NCBI GenBank assembly: GCA_964016885.1
Contig: CAXHJY010000645.1
Span: forward strand, 1-64,000
Length of the DNA: 64,000 nucleotides
From: Eledone cirrhosa
Lineage: Eukaryota
Direction: 5' to 3'
Shown: positions 44,584 through 59,389 of the stretch, in pieces
Numbering within the stretch: the first letter of the stretch is position 1
How the letters are laid out: the number at the start of each line of letters is the position of its first letter
Notes under the pieces: model-generated
Databases searched by the model: none
Told to the model about the DNA's origin: nothing
Seen by the model: the letters and a program-made list of their open reading frames with translations, nothing else
Position numbers and translations under genes: made by a program

Positions 44584-44750
44584 GGCAGTATCGGTAGAGG
44601 GTGGGACACCATGCTTTGACGCAGAGAATTACATGACGGTGGAAAGAATAGCTATATCATTATATATATATATATATATATGTATTATATATATACATAT
44701 GTAATATATATATATATGTAATATATACATATGTAATATATATATATATG

Positions 44751-44791
<41 letters not shown>

Positions 44792-44802
44792 ATATATATA
44801 TA

Positions 44803-44935
44803 ACGAAGGAAATGTGATAAGGAACCAGGTGTACCATAACGCACCAAAGTACTCAATACTTAGGGTGGTAGAGTGCGTAATAGGAACAAGTAAGACCCCG
44901 ACGGCTTGAGCTCAGCCGTCGGGGTCTTACTTGTT

Positions 44936-44939
<4 letters not shown>
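44803..44939 (-). mobile_element. Hairpin-plus-tail element (F9)
   Basis: Homolog of 21441-21575. Confidence 0.7.
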
Positions 44940-44977
<38 letters not shown>

Positions 44978-44981
<4 letters not shown>

Positions 44982-45249
44982 TGTAATAAACAACATGAGG
45001 CAATTATTCCATTTACCAGAGGTTTCTTAAAAGCAAAAAATGTTGCTTTCAATCATCAGAATGAAAAAATCCTGGAGACCAGGATTTTTTCATTCTGATG
45101 ATTGAAAGCAAAATTTTTTGCTTTTAAGAAACCACTGGTAAATGGAATAATTGCCTCGTGTTGTTTATTACATAACTATTAAGCTCTGTTACCTAGATAG
45201 AGCACTCTTTTTTCCTGGACTTTTCCGACGGAATTACTTCATTTATACA
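44978..45249 (+). mobile_element. Fold-back element with tail (F10)
   Basis: ~100-bp arms centred on 45077 plus a ~70-bp tail; shorter relative at 22057-22200. Confidence 0.7.
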
Positions 45250-45386
45250 TATATATATATACAGATATGTAATATATATATACACATACATATGTAATAT
45301 ATATTTATATATGTAATATATATTTATACAGGAAATACATATATATAACTTCTACACATACATATATATATATACACACATATGCA

Positions 45387-45420
<34 letters not shown>

Positions 45421-47553
45421 GCAATGTATATATATATACACATACGTATGTAATATATATATATATATACATACACATATGTAATATATATGTATATATA
45501 TATATTACATATGTATATATGTATATATATATATATACAGACACACCCACACGTACACATACACATATGTTTCTCTCTGTGTATGTGTAGGGTGTACGGA
45601 AGTGATGATGATGATGATGCATGGATGGTTAGTTTGTGTGCAGTGGCGTGTGGCCGTGTGTGCAGCGATGTGTCGAGTGTTGATGTGTTGAGTGAGCCAG
45701 TGGAGTGGAGGTGGAGTGGAGGCTGGGGTTGTGGGACGTGGAGGTATGGAATGGTCAGTGTGTGTGTGTGTGTGAGTGTTGGTGGAACAGAGAGGGGGAG
45801 AGATGTGATGTGGTGGTGGTAGTTGTGGTGGCGGTCGTGGATGCGTGGTGGTGGTGGCGGTAGTCATGGTGGTGGAGGTGGTGATAGTGGTGTAAGAAGT
45901 GAAGGTGTTGAAAGACGTCGTGGTGGTGGAGGTGGTCGTGTTGGATGTAGTGTTGGTGGTAGTATTGGTGGTGGTGGAGGTGGTTGTGGTATTAGTGGTG
46001 GAGATTGTGGTGGAGGTGGTCGTGTTGGATGTAGTGGTGGTGGTGGTGGTGGTGGAGGTGGTCGTGTTGGTGGTGGTATTGGTGGAGGTGGTCGTGTTGG
46101 ATGTAGTGGTGGTGGTGGAGGTGGTCGTGTTGGATGTAGTGGTGGTGGTGGTGGAGGTGTTGGTGGTGGTGATGGAGGTGGTCGTGTTGGTGGTGGTGAT
46201 GGTGGTGGTATTGGGGGTGGTGGAGGTGGTCGTGTTGGATGTAGTGGTGGTGGTTGGTAGTGGTGGAGGTGGTTGTGTTGGATGTAGTGGTGGTGGTATT
46301 GGTGGAGGTGGTCGTGTTGGATGTAGTGTTGGTGGAGGTGGTCGTGTTGGTGGTGGTGGAGGTGGTCGTGTTGGTGGTGGTGATGGTGGTATTGGGTGTG
46401 GTGGAGGTGGTCGTGTTGGATGTAGTGTTGGTGGTGGTGCTTGTGGTATTAGTGGTGGTGGTGTTAGTGTTGGATGTAGTGTTGTTGGTGGTGGTGGCGG
46501 AGGTGGTGGTTGGTGGAAGTGAAAGTAATGGTGTTGATGGCGGTGGCGATGTCAGAAGTGAAGGTGATGGAAGACGTCATGGTGGTGGAGGTAGTTGTGG
46601 TAGTGGTGTTGGTGGTGGAGGTAGTTGTGGTAGTGGTGTTGGTGGTGGAGGTAGTTGTGGTAGTGGCGGTGGTGTTTGTGTTGGTAGTAGTCGTGGTGGT
46701 GGTCTTTGTGCTGGTTGCGGTCGAGGTAGTAGTGGTGGTGGTGGTAGTAGTGGTGGTGGTGGTAGTGGTAGTAGATTTTGTAGTAGTAGTAATAGTAGTA
46801 GTAATGGTTGTAGTAGTAGTAGTAGTGGTCGTGGTAGTAGTAGTAGTAGTGGTGGTGGTGGAGGTAGTAGTAGATGTTGTAGTAATAGTAGTTGTGGTAG
46901 TAGTGGTGGTAGTAGTAGTAGTGGTGGTAGTGGTAGTAGTAGTAGCAGTAATAGTAGTGGTAGTGGTGGTCGTGGTAGTAGTAGTAGTGGTGGTGGTGGA
47001 GGTAGTAGTAGATGTTGTAGTAATAGTAGTTGTGGTAGTAGTGGTGGTAGTGGTAGTGGTGCTGCTGCTGCTGTCCTATTTCGGTTATAATTATGTTAGC
47101 TACATGTTTATATTTATTTGTTTGTATATTTCATTGCTATCCCTACTGTTGTTGTTGTTGTTGTTGTTATTCTCGCCTTCCCCACCTTCCTACTACTGCT
47201 ATTGTTGTTGTTATTGCCTTCCCCACCTTCCTTCTACTGCTGCTGTTGTTGTTGTTATTCTCGCCCTCCCCACCATCACCCTCCTACCATGACTTTTCGC
47301 CTCTTGCCTCCATTCAGCCATTCTTTTATTCTATAATTCTGTCGTTCCGTTTGTTCGTTAAAATGACGGACTCAATCATTCTGTCATTCCCTTTTAATCT
47401 CTCATCTCTGTTCTTTCTTTCTTTATTTATTTATATATATATATTTATTTATTTATGTATTTATTTATTTTATTTATTTATTTATTTATTTACCCATTCG
47501 TTCCCTCATTTCATTATATATTCATGTATGTATATATATATATATATATATAT

Positions 47554-47629
47554 ACCCCACTCTCAAGCGTTAACCTAATACCACACTGTACGAACAGTGT
47601 GGTATTAGTTTAACGCTTGAGAGTGGGGT
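47554..47629. mobile_element. Near-perfect 76-bp hairpin in (TA)n (related to F8)
   Basis: Arm shares TCTCAAGCGTTAACCTAATA with the sequence downstream of the HHR at 61442. Confidence 0.6.
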
Positions 47630-47657
47630 GTATATATATATATATTATATATATATA

Positions 47658-47856
47658 TGAAAGTGAGGTTTTTTTACAAAATGAAAAATAACCGAGGTGT
47701 CCTACACAAGTGAAAGTATAAAGAAAAAAAGATGAAATCGAAAATGCAACTGGAGTCTTATTTAAAAAAAAAGATATATATTTATTTGGTTCCTTTACCG
47801 GTTTCGTAGTTCTTCTGCTTTTCAAAAATAGAGTTGAGATGGAGGGTCTGTGGTTT
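47658..47856 (-). mobile_element. PLE-derived element (F4), HHR stems decayed
   Basis: Homolog of 12762-12969. Confidence 0.65.
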
Positions 47857-48233
47857 TTCTCATACTGGGATCTTCTCGGTGCACTGTCAATATATACTGT
47901 ATATATATATATTTAGCCTAAGAAAATATCTATATGCGTGTGTAATTTATACACGCATATATTTATTTTTTAAATTTCAATTGAGTTCTTAACACGTTGG
48001 ATTGATAATGTTTTCGAATAAACTGATTAACCCGCGTGTATATTATTTTTTTTCCTCCTTTCGTGGATCGTAGTTGTCTCCCCTTCCCGCTTAGTGACGC
48101 TATAACACTTCCTCAGTCAAAAGCTGCTGGAATTTCAAATTTGCCGGTCATTCGATGCGGGAAGGAGCAACTTAACGGACATGATTTTTAACCGTGGTAA
48201 GAAATGTTTTTCTCATATCAAGGTTTAATAGGC

Positions 48234-48358
48234 TTCCACTGATGATTTATAAACGCCCACCTAAATATATTCTTACATGAATGTATATTAGGCTTCTACA
48301 TAAACTGGAAATATTCTCCGAATTTGTAGAAAACTTATAATGAAACAATTGTTTGGAA
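48234..48358 (+). ncRNA. Type I hammerhead ribozyme with a long stem II insert (F7)
   Basis: TTCCA-CTGATGA-tTTATAA...TTATAAt-GAAA-CAATTG-TT-TGGAA. Confidence 0.7.
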
Positions 48359-49024
48359 AGAGAGATATATTTTAACTTTAATTATATCTCATAAAATAAT
48401 ACAACTGGCTTTTCCACATAATACATATTGTTAGCACCCCAAACACTTAAATTGGGTTTATATTAAAATATAACCTAATGTTTGTTGAGTGAGATGGTTA
48501 CCAGTCAGAGATTAGCTTTAAACTATCTCTGTTATTGTATTAATATATATATATATATATATATATATAGGGGGGTTCTCCTACATGAATATAAATTAGT
48601 GGCCGTACTCGAAAACGAGTTGGCAGCCACCATATATATATATATACTGGGATCTTGTCGGTCCACTGTCATCCAATAGAGCTTTTTTTCTTGTGGAGTG
48701 AGAGACCCCTAGTCTTCATTAAACATCTCTCTAGGAGAAGATCACTCTCTATATAAAATTTGTGACTTCGTTTGTATCCAATGATGTACACCAGTTGTTT
48801 TGGGACAAATGCATCCGATGTTCAGAGAGTAGGATTGGCAAAGACTTTCTTCACTTAAAAATAAACTCAAGCACAGGCATCATTTGATGTGAGTTTTTTC
48901 GCAATGCATGGTATTGCTGGCCATAGGCAAGTCCCTAGCTGGACTAAAAAGCCACGTCCGTGATGCTCATGTTTAAGTATCAAGCGATGGCATAACTCGA
49001 AATCGAATTGCAGACATTATATAT

Positions 49025-49138
49025 ATCTGAGTTCAAATCCTGCCGAGGTTAACTTTGCCTTTCATCCTTACGGTGTCGATAAAATAAAGTACCAGTAATG
49101 TACTGGGTAATTGCTGGCCTTGTGCCTAAAATAGAAAC

Positions 49139-49143
<5 letters not shown>
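49025..49143 (+). mobile_element. 5'-truncated tRNA-SINE
   Basis: B-box to tail, same family as 8641-9237. Confidence 0.85.
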
Positions 49144-49171
<28 letters not shown>

Positions 49172-49175
<4 letters not shown>

Positions 49176-49373
49176 AAAAGAGTTAGGTCTTCGACGGCTG
49201 AGCTCCGGCCGTTTTGACGGCTAGATTCGAACTGATCCGGACCTAGCTGTCGAAACGGCCGGAGCTCAACCGTCGGGGTCCTGACTCTTTTCCTATTACC
49301 CACTCTACTACCCTAAGTATTGAGTACTCTGGTGCGTTATGGTCCACCTGGTTCCTTACCACACTTTCTTTGT
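49172..49373 (+). mobile_element. Hairpin-plus-tail element (F9), opposite orientation
   Basis: Reverse complement of the 22257-type element. Confidence 0.7.
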
Positions 49374-49409
49374 TATATATATATCTGTGTGTGTATGTGT
49401 GTGATTGTA

Positions 49410-49446
<37 letters not shown>

Positions 49447-49667
49447 AATTTAGCGGTTAGATAAAAATATCTCCGATAAAATCAGTACCAAATTGTAAAA
49501 AATAAAAAAAATCGTATCTGGATCGAGTTATTGATTAAATCCTTTGAAGTTCATTGATCCCAAAACCGCTTGAAACCGCTTCTGGTTCAATGAAAACAAA
49601 TCTTTTGTTTTTAAGCTGTACATATATATCTATTTTAAAAATCTCCCGTCGCATTTCTATATCAGAA

Positions 49668-50122
49668 TCTTTGTTAAGTTATGTCCCAAAATTATTTGAA
49701 AACGGTGGCTGGGTCCCGAGTCTTTTGTCAAGTTATGTCCCCAAATCGTTAAAATGTTTATATTTATCTAAACATATTCCGTCGTAATTATATGTAAGAA
49801 CCTTTGTTAAGTTATGTCCCAAAATCGTTAAAATGTGTATATTTATCTAAAAAAATTTCCGTCGTAATTATATGTAAGAACCTTTAAGTTATGTCCCAAA
49901 ATCGTTAAAATGTTTATATTTATCTAAACATATTCCGTCCTAATTATATGCAAGAACCTTTGTTAAGTTATGTCCCCAAAATTATTTGAAAATCGTGAGG
50001 ATTGGGGACCGAGTGCTTCGTTATAAATATGGTAACAAAATCGTTAAAATGTTTATATTCATCTAAAAATCTTCCGTCGTAATTTGTTAAGTTATTTGTA
50101 AGAGCCTTTGTTAAGTTAAGTT
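49668..50122. repeat. ~80-bp degenerate tandem repeat
   Basis: TTGTTAAGTTATGTCCCAAAATCGTTAAAATG..TTCCGTCGTAATTATATGTAAGAACC. Confidence 0.85.
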
Positions 50123-52607
50123 CCAAAAAACTAGCTTAACAATGGTTTCTGTTGTTGGCACATAGCCAAAGATTTGGCGGGAGGGAAAGTGTAACAAGAC
50201 GAAAACTATCACCACCAACAACACCATCACCATCACCACCACCACCACCACCAATACCACATCTAGCATCAACACCAGCATCAATACCACCTCCACCACC
50301 AATACCACCACCGCCACCACCAATACCACCACCTCTCTATCACCCCACCACCACCACCACCACCACTACCTCTACCATCAGCACTACCACCACCACTACC
50401 ACCACCACCACTACCACCACCACTTCCCCACTATCACCCCCCCACTACCACCACCACTACCCCACTATCACCACCACCACTATCCCACTATCACCACCAC
50501 CACCACCACCACCCCACTACCAATACCACTACCCCACTATCACCACCACTACCCCACTATCACCACCACTACCCCACTATTACCATCACCACTACCACTA
50601 CCATCACCCTCATCACCACTACCACCATTAACCCCCCCCATACATTAAAGCCTCCATGACATCACCCCCTCTCCTCAAACCACTACTCTTATTCTGCTTC
50701 CCCTTACCCCTACTTCCTGTTGTCGTTTTCATTTCCGGTCCGGCTTCGTTGCTATCATTTTAAGTATTTTTTTCTTTTGTTTTCGTTTTAGGTAGTAGTA
50801 GTAGTGGTAGTGGTGGTGGTAGTGGTAGTTGTAGTAGTGGTTGGGGTAGTAGTATATAGTGGTAGTGTTGGTTGTGATGGTGGTAGTGGTAGTGGTGGTG
50901 TCTTGTTGTTGGTGGTGATGATGGTGGTGTTGGTAGTAGTGTTGGTTGTGATGGTGGTAGTGGTAGTGTCTTGTTGTTGCCGGTGATGATGGTGGTGTTG
51001 GTGGTAGTTTTGGTTGTGGTAGTGCTGGTTGTGATGGTGGTAGTTGTAAATGTGTGTTGTCGGGTTACTGCAATGTGTTGTTTGGCTGTTGTCTTTTAAT
51101 ACGCTATGTTGTTAAATTGTGTTGTGTTGTGTTGTCTTCTGATGTTACACGTTGTTGTGTTGTGATGCCATACGCTGTTGTGATGTCTTACACTGTGGTG
51201 TTGTGTAGTTTTGTGAAATCGTACCTTGTGATGTGCTGTGTTGTTGTGATGTTGTGTGTTGTCTAACGTTCTGTTGCATTGAAATGTCTTAGGATGTTGT
51301 GTTGTGTTGTGATGTGATGTCTTCTGTTGTGTTGCGATGTGATCTCTTCTGTTGTTGTGATGTATTGTGCTCTGTTGTGATGTATTCTGTTGTGATGTCT
51401 TCTGTTGTGATGTATTATGTTGTGATTTGTGTGTTGTGATGTGATGTCTTGGGATGTTGTGATGAGTTATGATGTGATGTCTTCTGTTGTTGTGATGTGT
51501 TGTGATGTGATGTCTTCTGTTGTTGTGATGTCTTGTGTTGTGATGTGTGTTGTCTAACGTTGTTCTGTTGCGTTGTGATGTCTTAGGATGCTGTGACGTG
51601 TTGTCATGTGATCTCTTCTGTTGTGATGTGTTGTGATGTGATGTCTTCTGTTGTTGTGATGTGTTGTGATGTCTTCTGTTATGTTGAATTGTGTTGGGAT
51701 GTCTTGTGATGTGATGTCTTGTGTTGTTGTACTGTGTTGTCATGTGATCTCTTCTTTTGTTGTGATGTATTGTGTTGTGATGTTGTGATGTTGTCTAACG
51801 TTGTTCTGTTGTAGTGTGATGTTTTACAGTGTTGTCATGTGTTGCGATGTCTTAGGCTGTTGTGATATGTTGTGCCACCACCACCACCACCACCACCTCC
51901 ACCACCACCACCACCTCCACCACCACCACCTCCTCCACCATCACCACTACTCCACCACCACCACTCCACCACCGCCACTCCACCACAATCCACCACCAAC
52001 ACCAACAGCAACAACATCTCAACCACCACCAACACCACCACCACTAACACCACCACCACCACCACCACCACTAACACCACCACCACCACTAACAGCCCCC
52101 CAACATCATCACCACCACCACCACCAACCCCACCACTACCACCACCACCACCACTACCAGCACCACTATCACCACCACCACCACTATCACCACTATCAAC
52201 ACCACCACCACCACTATCACCACAACCACCACTATCACCACCACCAACACTACCACCACCACCACCACCACCAACACCACTACCAACACCACCAACACCA
52301 CCAACCCCACCACCACCACCACCACCACCAAACAGCTAATGATGATGAAGTCGAGAAAGATCTTTATTTAGGTTCAATACACGCTTCACTGGATGTTTAC
52401 ACCCCGCACCCCTACCTTCCACCACACTCCACTGCGCCCCACCCCTCCGGGGCCCATACAGACACACTTCCGCTTTTTAGTATCCCCTCTTCCTACTCTA
52501 ACTTCCTCTACATATCTTTGTCTTCCCCCTACCGGACTTGACTTAAACTAACCCCACACTTTCATTCATACTTAACCACCCCTATTTACACATATATACA
52601 CGTATAT

Positions 52608-52647
<40 letters not shown>

Positions 52648-52858
52648 GCACACACACATATATATATACACACATGTACACACTTATATATATACATACA
52701 TATATACATATATATACACGTATATATATGTGTATTCGTACACACGTACGTAACTTCACAAATACATACATACATACATACGTACAGACATACACGCACG
52801 CATAGGTAACGTCATATATACACATATACATACATACGTATATACATACACACATAGA

Positions 52859-52921
<63 letters not shown>

Positions 52922-53005
52922 GTACATACATGCGTCGATACGTGATACAAACAAATTTATATATGTATGTACACACACACACAAACACATATATATATGT
53001 ATGGT

Positions 53006-53044
<39 letters not shown>

Positions 53045-53162
53045 ATTGATGTATGTATATATATATATATATATACACACACATGATTGCACAGATACTG
53101 GAAAAAGAGTTAAACACATCAACATACTCTTCAAAAGCTTTATACACTCATGTGTATGAATG

Positions 53163-53270
<108 letters not shown>

Positions 53271-54483
53271 CACACATATACATATACACACGCACACACA
53301 TATATATATATACATATACACACACATATATATATATATACATACACACACACATATATATATATCCACACATACATATATATATATACACACATACACA
53401 CACATATATATGTATATATACACATATACACACACACATATATATATATACACACATACATATATATATATATACACACATACACACACATATATATGTA
53501 TATATACACATACACACACATATATATATATCCACACATACATATATATATATACACACATACACACACATATATGTATATATATACATACACACATATA
53601 TATATATCCACACATACATATATATATATACACACATACACACATATATATATATATACATACACACACACATATATATATATCCACACATACATATATA
53701 TATATACACACATACACACACATATATATATATATACATACACACACACATATATATATATCCACACATACATATATATATATACACACATACACACACA
53801 TATATATATATATACATACACACACACATATATATATATATCCACACATACATATATATATATACACACATACACACACATATATATGTATATATACACA
53901 TATACACACACATATATATATATCCACACATACATATATATATATACACACATACACACACATATATATATATATACATACACACACACATATATATATA
54001 TCCACACATACATATATATATACACACACATACACACACATATATATGTATATATACACATATACACACACATATATATATATCCACACATACATATATA
54101 TATATACACACATACACACACATATATATGTATATATACACATACACACACACATATATATATATCCACACATACATATATATATATACACACATACACA
54201 CACATATATATGTATATATACACATATATACACACACATATATATATATCCACACATACATATATATATATACACACATACACACACATATATATGTATA
54301 TATATACATACACACACACACATATATATATATCCACACATACATATATATATATACACACATACACACACATATATATGTATATATATACATACACACA
54401 CACATATATATATCCACACATACATATATATATATACACACATACACACACATATATATGTATATATACACATATACACACAC

Positions 54484-54550
<67 letters not shown>

Positions 54551-55740
54551 TATATATATATATATACACATATAGACAAACATGGTTTTTAGTCCTGATT
54601 TCTATGGGACATCTCACCCCTTCTCATTTGTCACATCCAAGTCTTGATGCATCAACAACCACCCCACCTCCACCGCCACCACGAAGGCAGCCATCATCAC
54701 CACCATCATCACCATCACCATCATCACCATCACCATCATCACCACCACCATCACCACCACCATCATCACCACCACCATCACCACCACCATCATCACCATT
54801 ATCACCATTATCATTATCATCGTTATCATCATTGGTGGAGTTGACAGTCATTATCATCACCATCATCACCATCATCATCACCATCACCATCATCATCACC
54901 ATCACCATCAATCAACATCATCCTCATCACCACCATCATCATCATCACCATCATCATCACCATCACCACCATCATCACCACCATCACCATCACCACCATC
55001 ACCACCATCATCATCATCACCATCATCACCATCATCACCACCATCACCACCATCATCACCATCACCATCAATCAACATCATCCTCATCACCACCATCACC
55101 ATCACCATCATCATCACCATCTTCACCACCATCTCCATCATCACCATCATCACCATCACCACCATCACCACCATCATCATCATCATCACCATCATCATCA
55201 TCCTCATCACCACCACCATCATCACCATCACCACCACCATCACCATCATCACCTCTCATTATCATCTATGTAGTTAACAATCATTTCACCTCCACAACCA
55301 TACACTACAACTGCCACCACCACATATACACCAATGTCATCACCACCACCACCACCACCACCTCCACCACCACCACACCACCACCACCACCACACCACCA
55401 CCACTACCACCACCACCACACCACCACCACCACACCACCACTGCTACCATCACGACCACCACCACCACAACCACCACTATCACCACCACCACTACTACCA
55501 CCACCACCACCACCACCACCACCACCACCACTACTACCATCACCACTACCATCACCACCAGCCCCATTACTGCCACTCCCACCCCACTCATAGCCCCACT
55601 CTCCCTCATTGCACATCATTCACTCGAAGTTAATCAGTCAGTCACTCAATCAGAGCAGTCACTCAAACCCTCATTCGCAGACCACTGCCACTACTACTAC
55701 TACTACACTACTACTACTACTACTACCACTACTAGTACTG

Positions 55741-55771
<31 letters not shown>

Positions 55772-55829
55772 ATTACCACCACCACTATCCATAATACTAC
55801 TACCACTACTACTACCACTACTACTATTA

Positions 55830-56180
55830 TCACTCTCTCTCTCACTTTCCCACAGCATCTCTCTCTCTCACTTTCCCACAGCATCTCTCTCTCTCACTTT
55901 CCCACAGCATCTCTCTCTCACTTTCCCACAGCATCTCTCTCTCTCAGTTTCCCACAGCATCTCTCTCTCTCTCTCACTTTCCCACAGCATCTCTCTCTCA
56001 CTTTCCCACAGCATCTCTCTCTCTCTCTCACTTTCCCACAGCATCTCTCTCTCACTTTCCCACAGCATCTCTCTCACTTTCCCACAGCATCTCTCTGTTT
56101 CCCACAGCATCTCTCTCTCTCTCTCTCTCTCAGTTTCCCACAGCATATCTCTCTCTCTCTCACTTTCCCACAGCATCTCT
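55830..56180. repeat. Minisatellite CACTTTCCCACAGCAT(CT)n
   Basis: Tandem units with variable CT. Confidence 0.95.
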
Positions 56181-56451
56181 CTCTTTCTCTCTCTCTTCTT
56201 CTCTCACATGTTCTGTCATTCACCCAACCCGCTCACAACCCACCCTCTCTTTCACCCAGCCCGCACTGTGTCTCACCCTTCGATTTTCTCACTCTCGTCA
56301 CCCACCCGTCTCTCTCACCCAATTTTCTCACCCACCGCCATCTTGTTCGCCCCAGTTCTCACAATACACATTTTTTGAATCACAGCACTTTAAACCTCAT
56401 TCACTGAAATTTAACCAACACAACAACAGCAAACACTATATATACTGTGTG

Positions 56452-56488
<37 letters not shown>

Positions 56489-56562
56489 ATTTATATATAT
56501 ATATATACACACACATAAATATATATATATATATTTATATATATATATATACACACACATAA

Positions 56563-56614
<52 letters not shown>

Positions 56615-57117
56615 TAAATATACACACATACATATATATATATTTATATATACATATATATATATATGTACCTACATACATATATATACATATTTATATA
56701 TATATATATATACATATTTATATATATATATATATACATATTTATATATATATATAATTACACACACATAAATATATATATATACACACATACATATATA
56801 TATATTTATATATATATATATGTACCTACATACATATATATACATACATATATATACATATTTATATATACATATTTATATATACATATTTATATATACA
56901 TATTTATATATACATATATATACTTACATATATATATATATACATATATATACATACATATATATATATATATACATATGTATACATATCTATACACATA
57001 CATATATATATCAATACACATACATACACATACATACATATATATATATATATATACGCATACATATATATATATATATACACACATATATATATATACA
57101 CATACATATATATATAT

Positions 57118-57149
<32 letters not shown>

Positions 57150-57183
57150 ATACATATATACATATATATATATACACATACAG

Positions 57184-57228
<45 letters not shown>

Positions 57229-57433
57229 TATATACATACAGTGACACCAATGCTATATAAAAGTTACAATAGCCATGTTGTCTTCCAAGCAATGGACGCA
57301 TTACACTAACAAGTCGTTGACTTTAACAATGGCCGTTATTTGTTGCCAGGACAATACTGTCACTATAATTAGTTCTTTAATATTATTATGTCTGACTGTC
57401 TGTCTGTCTGTTCTTCCACCTTCACTGTCTCTT

Positions 57434-57464
<31 letters not shown>

Positions 57465-57657
57465 GTCTCTCTCTGACTCTCTGTCTCTCTCTGACTCTCT
57501 GTCTCTCTCTCGCTCTCTGACTCTCTCTCTCTCTGACTCTCTCTCTCTCTCTTTCTCTCTCTCTCTTTCTTTCTCTGTCTCTCTCTCTGTCTCTCTCTCT
57601 CTCTGTCTCTCTCTCTCTCTCTCTCCCTCTCTTTCTGGACATCTATATATCTCCCTT

Positions 57658-57688
<31 letters not shown>

Positions 57689-57733
57689 TTCTTTCTCTCT
57701 CTCTCTTTCTTTCTCTCTCTCTTTCTTTCTCTC

Positions 57734-57793
<60 letters not shown>

Positions 57794-57889
57794 GAGAGAG
57801 AGAAAGAAAGAGAGAGAAAGAAAGAGATAGAGAAATTAATAAACATTCGTTGTACTGCCTCTCTGTTTTGTCCCTGTTCAAATTTTTCC

Positions 57890-57932
<43 letters not shown>

Positions 57933-58005
57933 AATAATAATATATATATATATATATATATGTATAATAAATATATATATATAATAAATATATATATAGT
58001 AAATA

Positions 58006-58049
<44 letters not shown>

Positions 58050-58073
58050 TATATATACATGAACGGTATAGAA

Positions 58074-58112
<39 letters not shown>

Positions 58113-58311
58113 TGTTGTTATACTTGGGGAGGGTCATATTGTTGTAATAATATTGCCAGACATAATAACAGAACACACTCACTGTTTGGCTGGTTTTCAC
58201 TTCTGTATCTTTTATATCTCCATAGTTAATTTATTTGGTAATCATTGTTTATCATTGACTGACCAACGGTTAAAAATATAGATATAAATATATATATATA
58301 TATATGTAGTC

Positions 58312-58355
58312 TAACAAAGGTCTTTCGTTGCACATCTGCAACATCATCAGTGGTA
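58312..58355 (-). ncRNA. Minimal hammerhead ribozyme (F6) in element 58112-58400
   Basis: TACCA-CTGATGA-t-GTTGCA..TGCAAC-GAAA-gacc-TT-TGTTA. Confidence 0.65.
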
Positions 58356-58482
58356 CTTTTATGTTCCTCGTGTTGTATTGTATTTCTACGCCATTTTTAT
58401 ACATATCTCTCTTTATATATATATATATTCTCTCTATCTCTCTCTATATTTCTCTCTCTCTCTCTATATATATATTTCTCTC

Positions 58483-58526
<44 letters not shown>

Positions 58527-58770
58527 CTCCTCTCTCCTCCAATACCACCACCACTACCATCACTACAATCCTCCCAACCCCCACCACCACCATTACCACC
58601 ACTACCCCACCCCACCATTAACTATCGTTTGTAGATGATGTTTAAACCCTTTAATCTGACAAATGTCGTTTAAGATGCCATTGACAGACAGAAATGAGAA
58701 GATATGCTGGTCACGTGTCACGTATTTATGCATGTATGTATGCATGTATGTGTATATATATGTATATATA

Positions 58771-58801
<31 letters not shown>

Positions 58802-58864
58802 GTGTATATATATAGATATATATATGTGTTTGTATATATATATATGTGTATATATATATGTGTG

Positions 58865-58902
<38 letters not shown>

Positions 58903-59199
58903 TATATATGTGTGTATGTATGTATGTATATGTATATATATATATAGATATGTATGTATGTATATGTATGTATATATATATATGTGTATATATATGTGTG
59001 TATGTATGTTTATGTATATATATAGATATATATATATGTGTATATATATGTGTGTATGTATATGTATAGATAGATATATGTGTATATATATGTATGTATA
59101 TGTATATATGTATATATATATATATATATGCATGTATGTATATGTATATATTTATGTTGTATGGTATATATCTCTCTATATATATATATAATGTGTGTG

Positions 59200-59257
<58 letters not shown>

Positions 59258-59389
59258 CATGTACGTCTGTGTGTCACTGGCTATGTGTTTTTGTGCCCTA
59301 ACTTAACAGTTCGACTGAATGAAATCGATAAATTTGTAACAACCATAGAAAAATCAAAGGTGGTCGATATGATTGGCTAATTCCCATCA

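Larger units (their letters stand above)
35961..44623 (+). repeat. Composite macrosatellite: 6 x [Tx1-like LINE remnant + SINE]
   Basis: Unit starts (GGTGAAATCGGACG) at 36163, 37564, 39112, 40480, 41791, 43348. Confidence 0.97.

Noticed and set aside
45085-45130. HHR in F10 (CTGATGA-TT-GAAA)
   Set aside because: No stem II and stem I does not pair in register; at best degenerate
45823-47090. Gly/Cys-rich structural protein gene (GGGGRVGCS)
   Set aside because: Derived from a (GGT)n microsatellite; the frame is broken, with no signal peptide or splice support
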